Positions 52,201-53,924 of a stretch of DNA of 53,924 bases are shown one piece after another. Numbering within the stretch: position 1 is the first letter of the stretch; every line of letters starts with the position of its first letter. The notes under the pieces are model-generated. The model saw nothing but the letters and a program-made list of their open reading frames with translations. It searched no databases and was not told the DNA's origin. Location of the stretch: contig CAMVNW010000003.1 of NCBI GenBank assembly GCA_947168965.1, forward strand, positions 1 through 53,924. The letters run 5' to 3'. The stretch is from an uncultured Bacillales bacterium. GTDB taxonomy: Bacteria; Bacillota_I; Bacilli_A; RF39; UBA660. Both the position numbers and the translations under genes were made by a program.

Positions 52201-52327
52201 TGTTAGCCTCACTTTCATCAATCTTACTTTCATCTAAAAAATCAAGAAAAGAATTAATATCTTCGTAAACTTTAATTAACTCTTTTAAGCTGAGACTAGA
52301 AATATCAAAATTTGTTTTCTCCTCCAT
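52193..52327 (-). CDS. Small acidic protein (44 aa), not in ORF track
   Basis: AAGGAG RBS; MEEKTNFDISSLSLKELIKVYEDINSFLDFLDESKIDESEANNE; fills the gap and overlaps the next start. Confidence 0.7.
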   Translation of the reverse strand: MEEKTNFDISSLSLKELIKVYEDINSFLDFLDESKIDESEANNE

Positions 52328-52341
52328 AAACATTCTCCTTT

Positions 52342-53064
52342 TTATTCTTTATCTTTACTAAACTTATTTGCATCAACTTCAATGAATTCAGAATTAAACT
52401 CCATATGTACTTTAATTTCTCCCCCTAAAATATTATCAGTACAATCTATATCAGTTCCTTCTATCCACATAACAATAGTATACTTATCAACATCACCTGG
52501 AGCAAAATTTTCACGATGTTCAAAAGAAACTAATTCATCATTAACAAATGGAACAGTATCACGCTCAGGTTCACCATTCATACCCATTTTAGCATATGTA
52601 ATATACTCACCATTTTTATAAACTCTTATTCTAACAGCTGTGTCAACATTCTTAATAACATCATCTATAATAATTTGAGACCAATAATCCGAAGTATCAT
52701 TACCAGTATTTTCTATATAGAAAGTATACGCAACATAATTATCACCATTATGAGAACTATCTACATCATCTAAATTATCAGGCAACCATCTATAAGAAAT
52801 ATTGTCAAAGTAATCAACAGATTGAGCATATAACTCTGTTCTAAAAACCTTATAATCAGGATCATCATAAATAACGATACCCTTTTGAAAATATAAATTC
52901 TTATCAAGAGTAATACTAAAGTTACCATTATTATATATAATGTTCATTATTATATAAGCAATAAATAAAATAAGTAAAATAAATAAAATTACAATCTTAA
53001 TAGTCTTAATAATTTTCTTTTTTCTTCTTAATTTTCTAACGCTTACCTCAATTTCACCATTCAC
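52342..53064 (-). CDS. Membrane-anchored relative of the fibre subunits (no cleavage motif)
   Basis: RKLRRKKK + TM; YVAYTFYIEN, AVRIRV, YTIVMWIEGTDIDC. Confidence 0.72.
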   Translation of the reverse strand: MNGEIEVSVRKLRRKKKIIKTIKIVILFILLILFIAYIIMNIIYNNGNFSITLDKNLYFQKGIVIYDDPDYKVFRTELYAQSVDYFDNISYRWLPDNLDDVDSSHNGDNYVAYTFYIENTGNDTSDYWSQIIIDDVIKNVDTAVRIRVYKNGEYITYAKMGMNGEPERDTVPFVNDELVSFEHRENFAPGDVDKYTIVMWIEGTDIDCTDNILGGEIKVHMEFNSEFIEVDANKFSKDKE

Positions 53065-53099
53065 AAAACCTCACCACCAGTGTACCTACTATCTCAATA

Positions 53100-53129
53100 A
53101 TTATATAACATATAAATTAAAAAAGTCAA
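53100..53129 (-). promoter_or_regulatory. SigA-type promoter
   Basis: TTGACT-18 bp-TATAAT. Confidence 0.55.
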
Positions 53130-53253
53130 TTACATAATGTGTACATATAAAACTTTTTATTTACACCACTTTACAATTTCAAAACAAAAAAAGTGTAAAA
53201 TGTTTTGTAATTAGAAATAAAACATTTTATAATGAAATTAAGAGGTGATATCC

Positions 53254-53913
53254 ATGAAAAAAAGAATATGTTTTGTACTACTACTAATGTCATGTTCATT
53301 ATGTCTTTGCTTTATGAGTAGTACATATTCAAGATATGTTGCAGGAACAACAGGAAATATAGATATATTATTCGCAAAATGGCAAATACTAATTAATACA
53401 CAAGATATCACAGACCAAAATAATTCAAACATAACAATAACACCAACAATCGAACAAAATGAAAATATAAGAGAAAATACAGTAGCGCCTACTTCAAAAG
53501 GATACTTCGACATAGATATTGATCCAACAAATGTAGACGTATCATTTAGATATTCAATAGATTTGGAAATAGATAATGAAGAAATACCAGATTTAATGAT
53601 AACAAAATACGCAATACTACCAAATGACTATGAAGAAGGAGATACAATTGAGTATACAACACTTCAAACAAATACAATAACAAATAACCTTTTATACGAT
53701 AATGAAACAGAAAACTTTAACTTTGAACCATTTACAATAAGAATATACTTTGAATGGTACGAAGGAGAAGAAGAACAAATGAATGATGAAGCAGATACAG
53801 CTATAGGATCAACAACTACTGAAGAAAATGAAGAATTAACATTCACAATAAATGCAAACATATCATTCGAACAAATAATTGAATCAGAAATTGAAACAAA
53901 TGAAACTCCTTAA
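53254..53913 (+). CDS. Divergently transcribed secreted TasA/CalY-like subunit (TYS/RY)
   Basis: STYSRY...FAKWQI, VAPTSKGYFDIDID, IYFEW; acidic. Confidence 0.75.
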   Translation: MKKRICFVLLLMSCSLCLCFMSSTYSRYVAGTTGNIDILFAKWQILINTQDITDQNNSNITITPTIEQNENIRENTVAPTSKGYFDIDIDPTNVDVSFRYSIDLEIDNEEIPDLMITKYAILPNDYEEGDTIEYTTLQTNTITNNLLYDNETENFNFEPFTIRIYFEWYEGEEEQMNDEADTAIGSTTTEENEELTFTINANISFEQIIESEIETNETP

Positions 53914-53924
53914 AAAGGAGTTTT
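53903..53924 (+). terminator. Intrinsic terminator
   Basis: AAACTCCTT-AAA-AAGGAGTTTT. Confidence 0.6.

Noticed and set aside
4397-53861. Other short ORFs nested in or antisense to long genes (e.g. 4397, 5343, 6088, 12056, 21612, 23402, 31076, 32822, 33350, 33896, 40554, 47679, 47989, 50669, 52382, 53238, 53664)
   Set aside because: Fully overlap well-supported genes, with no RBS or motifs; expected shadows of biased codon usage

Overview
Very AT-rich window from a low-GC Bacillota (Bacilli) chromosome. Gene content resembles uncultured gut RF39/UBA660-type Bacilli (inference, not verified), and almost all genes are on the minus strand. There are three blocks. (1) 1-~9.3 kb is one end of an integrative conjugative/mobilisable element: replication initiator, parA/parB, thioester-domain adhesin plus sortase, SSB, a candidate oriT, mobC and a MOB_P relaxase running off the edge. 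(2) ~9.3-34.3 kb is host backbone: a C39 peptidase ABC exporter with an unannotated double-glycine peptide, rsmD, ylbE/ylbD, two further thioester adhesin/sortase cassettes, parC/parE, pyk, tex, tdk, NUDIX and a DUF853 ATPase. (3) 34.3-53.9 kb is a ~20 kb cluster and the best candidate for an undescribed system. It holds eight secreted proteins with SipW/TasA-type signal peptides, one uncleaved membrane-anchored relative, and three SipW-family paralogues (one canonical, one fused to a degenerate EAL-like domain, one apparently catalytically dead). Embedded among them is a membrane-anchored McrB-family AAA+ NTPase with a nuclease-less DUF2357/McrC-like partner, suggesting a restriction-type motor repurposed for surface-fibre biogenesis. 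No rRNA, tRNA or CRISPR array was recognised. All family calls come from motif reading, not database searches.
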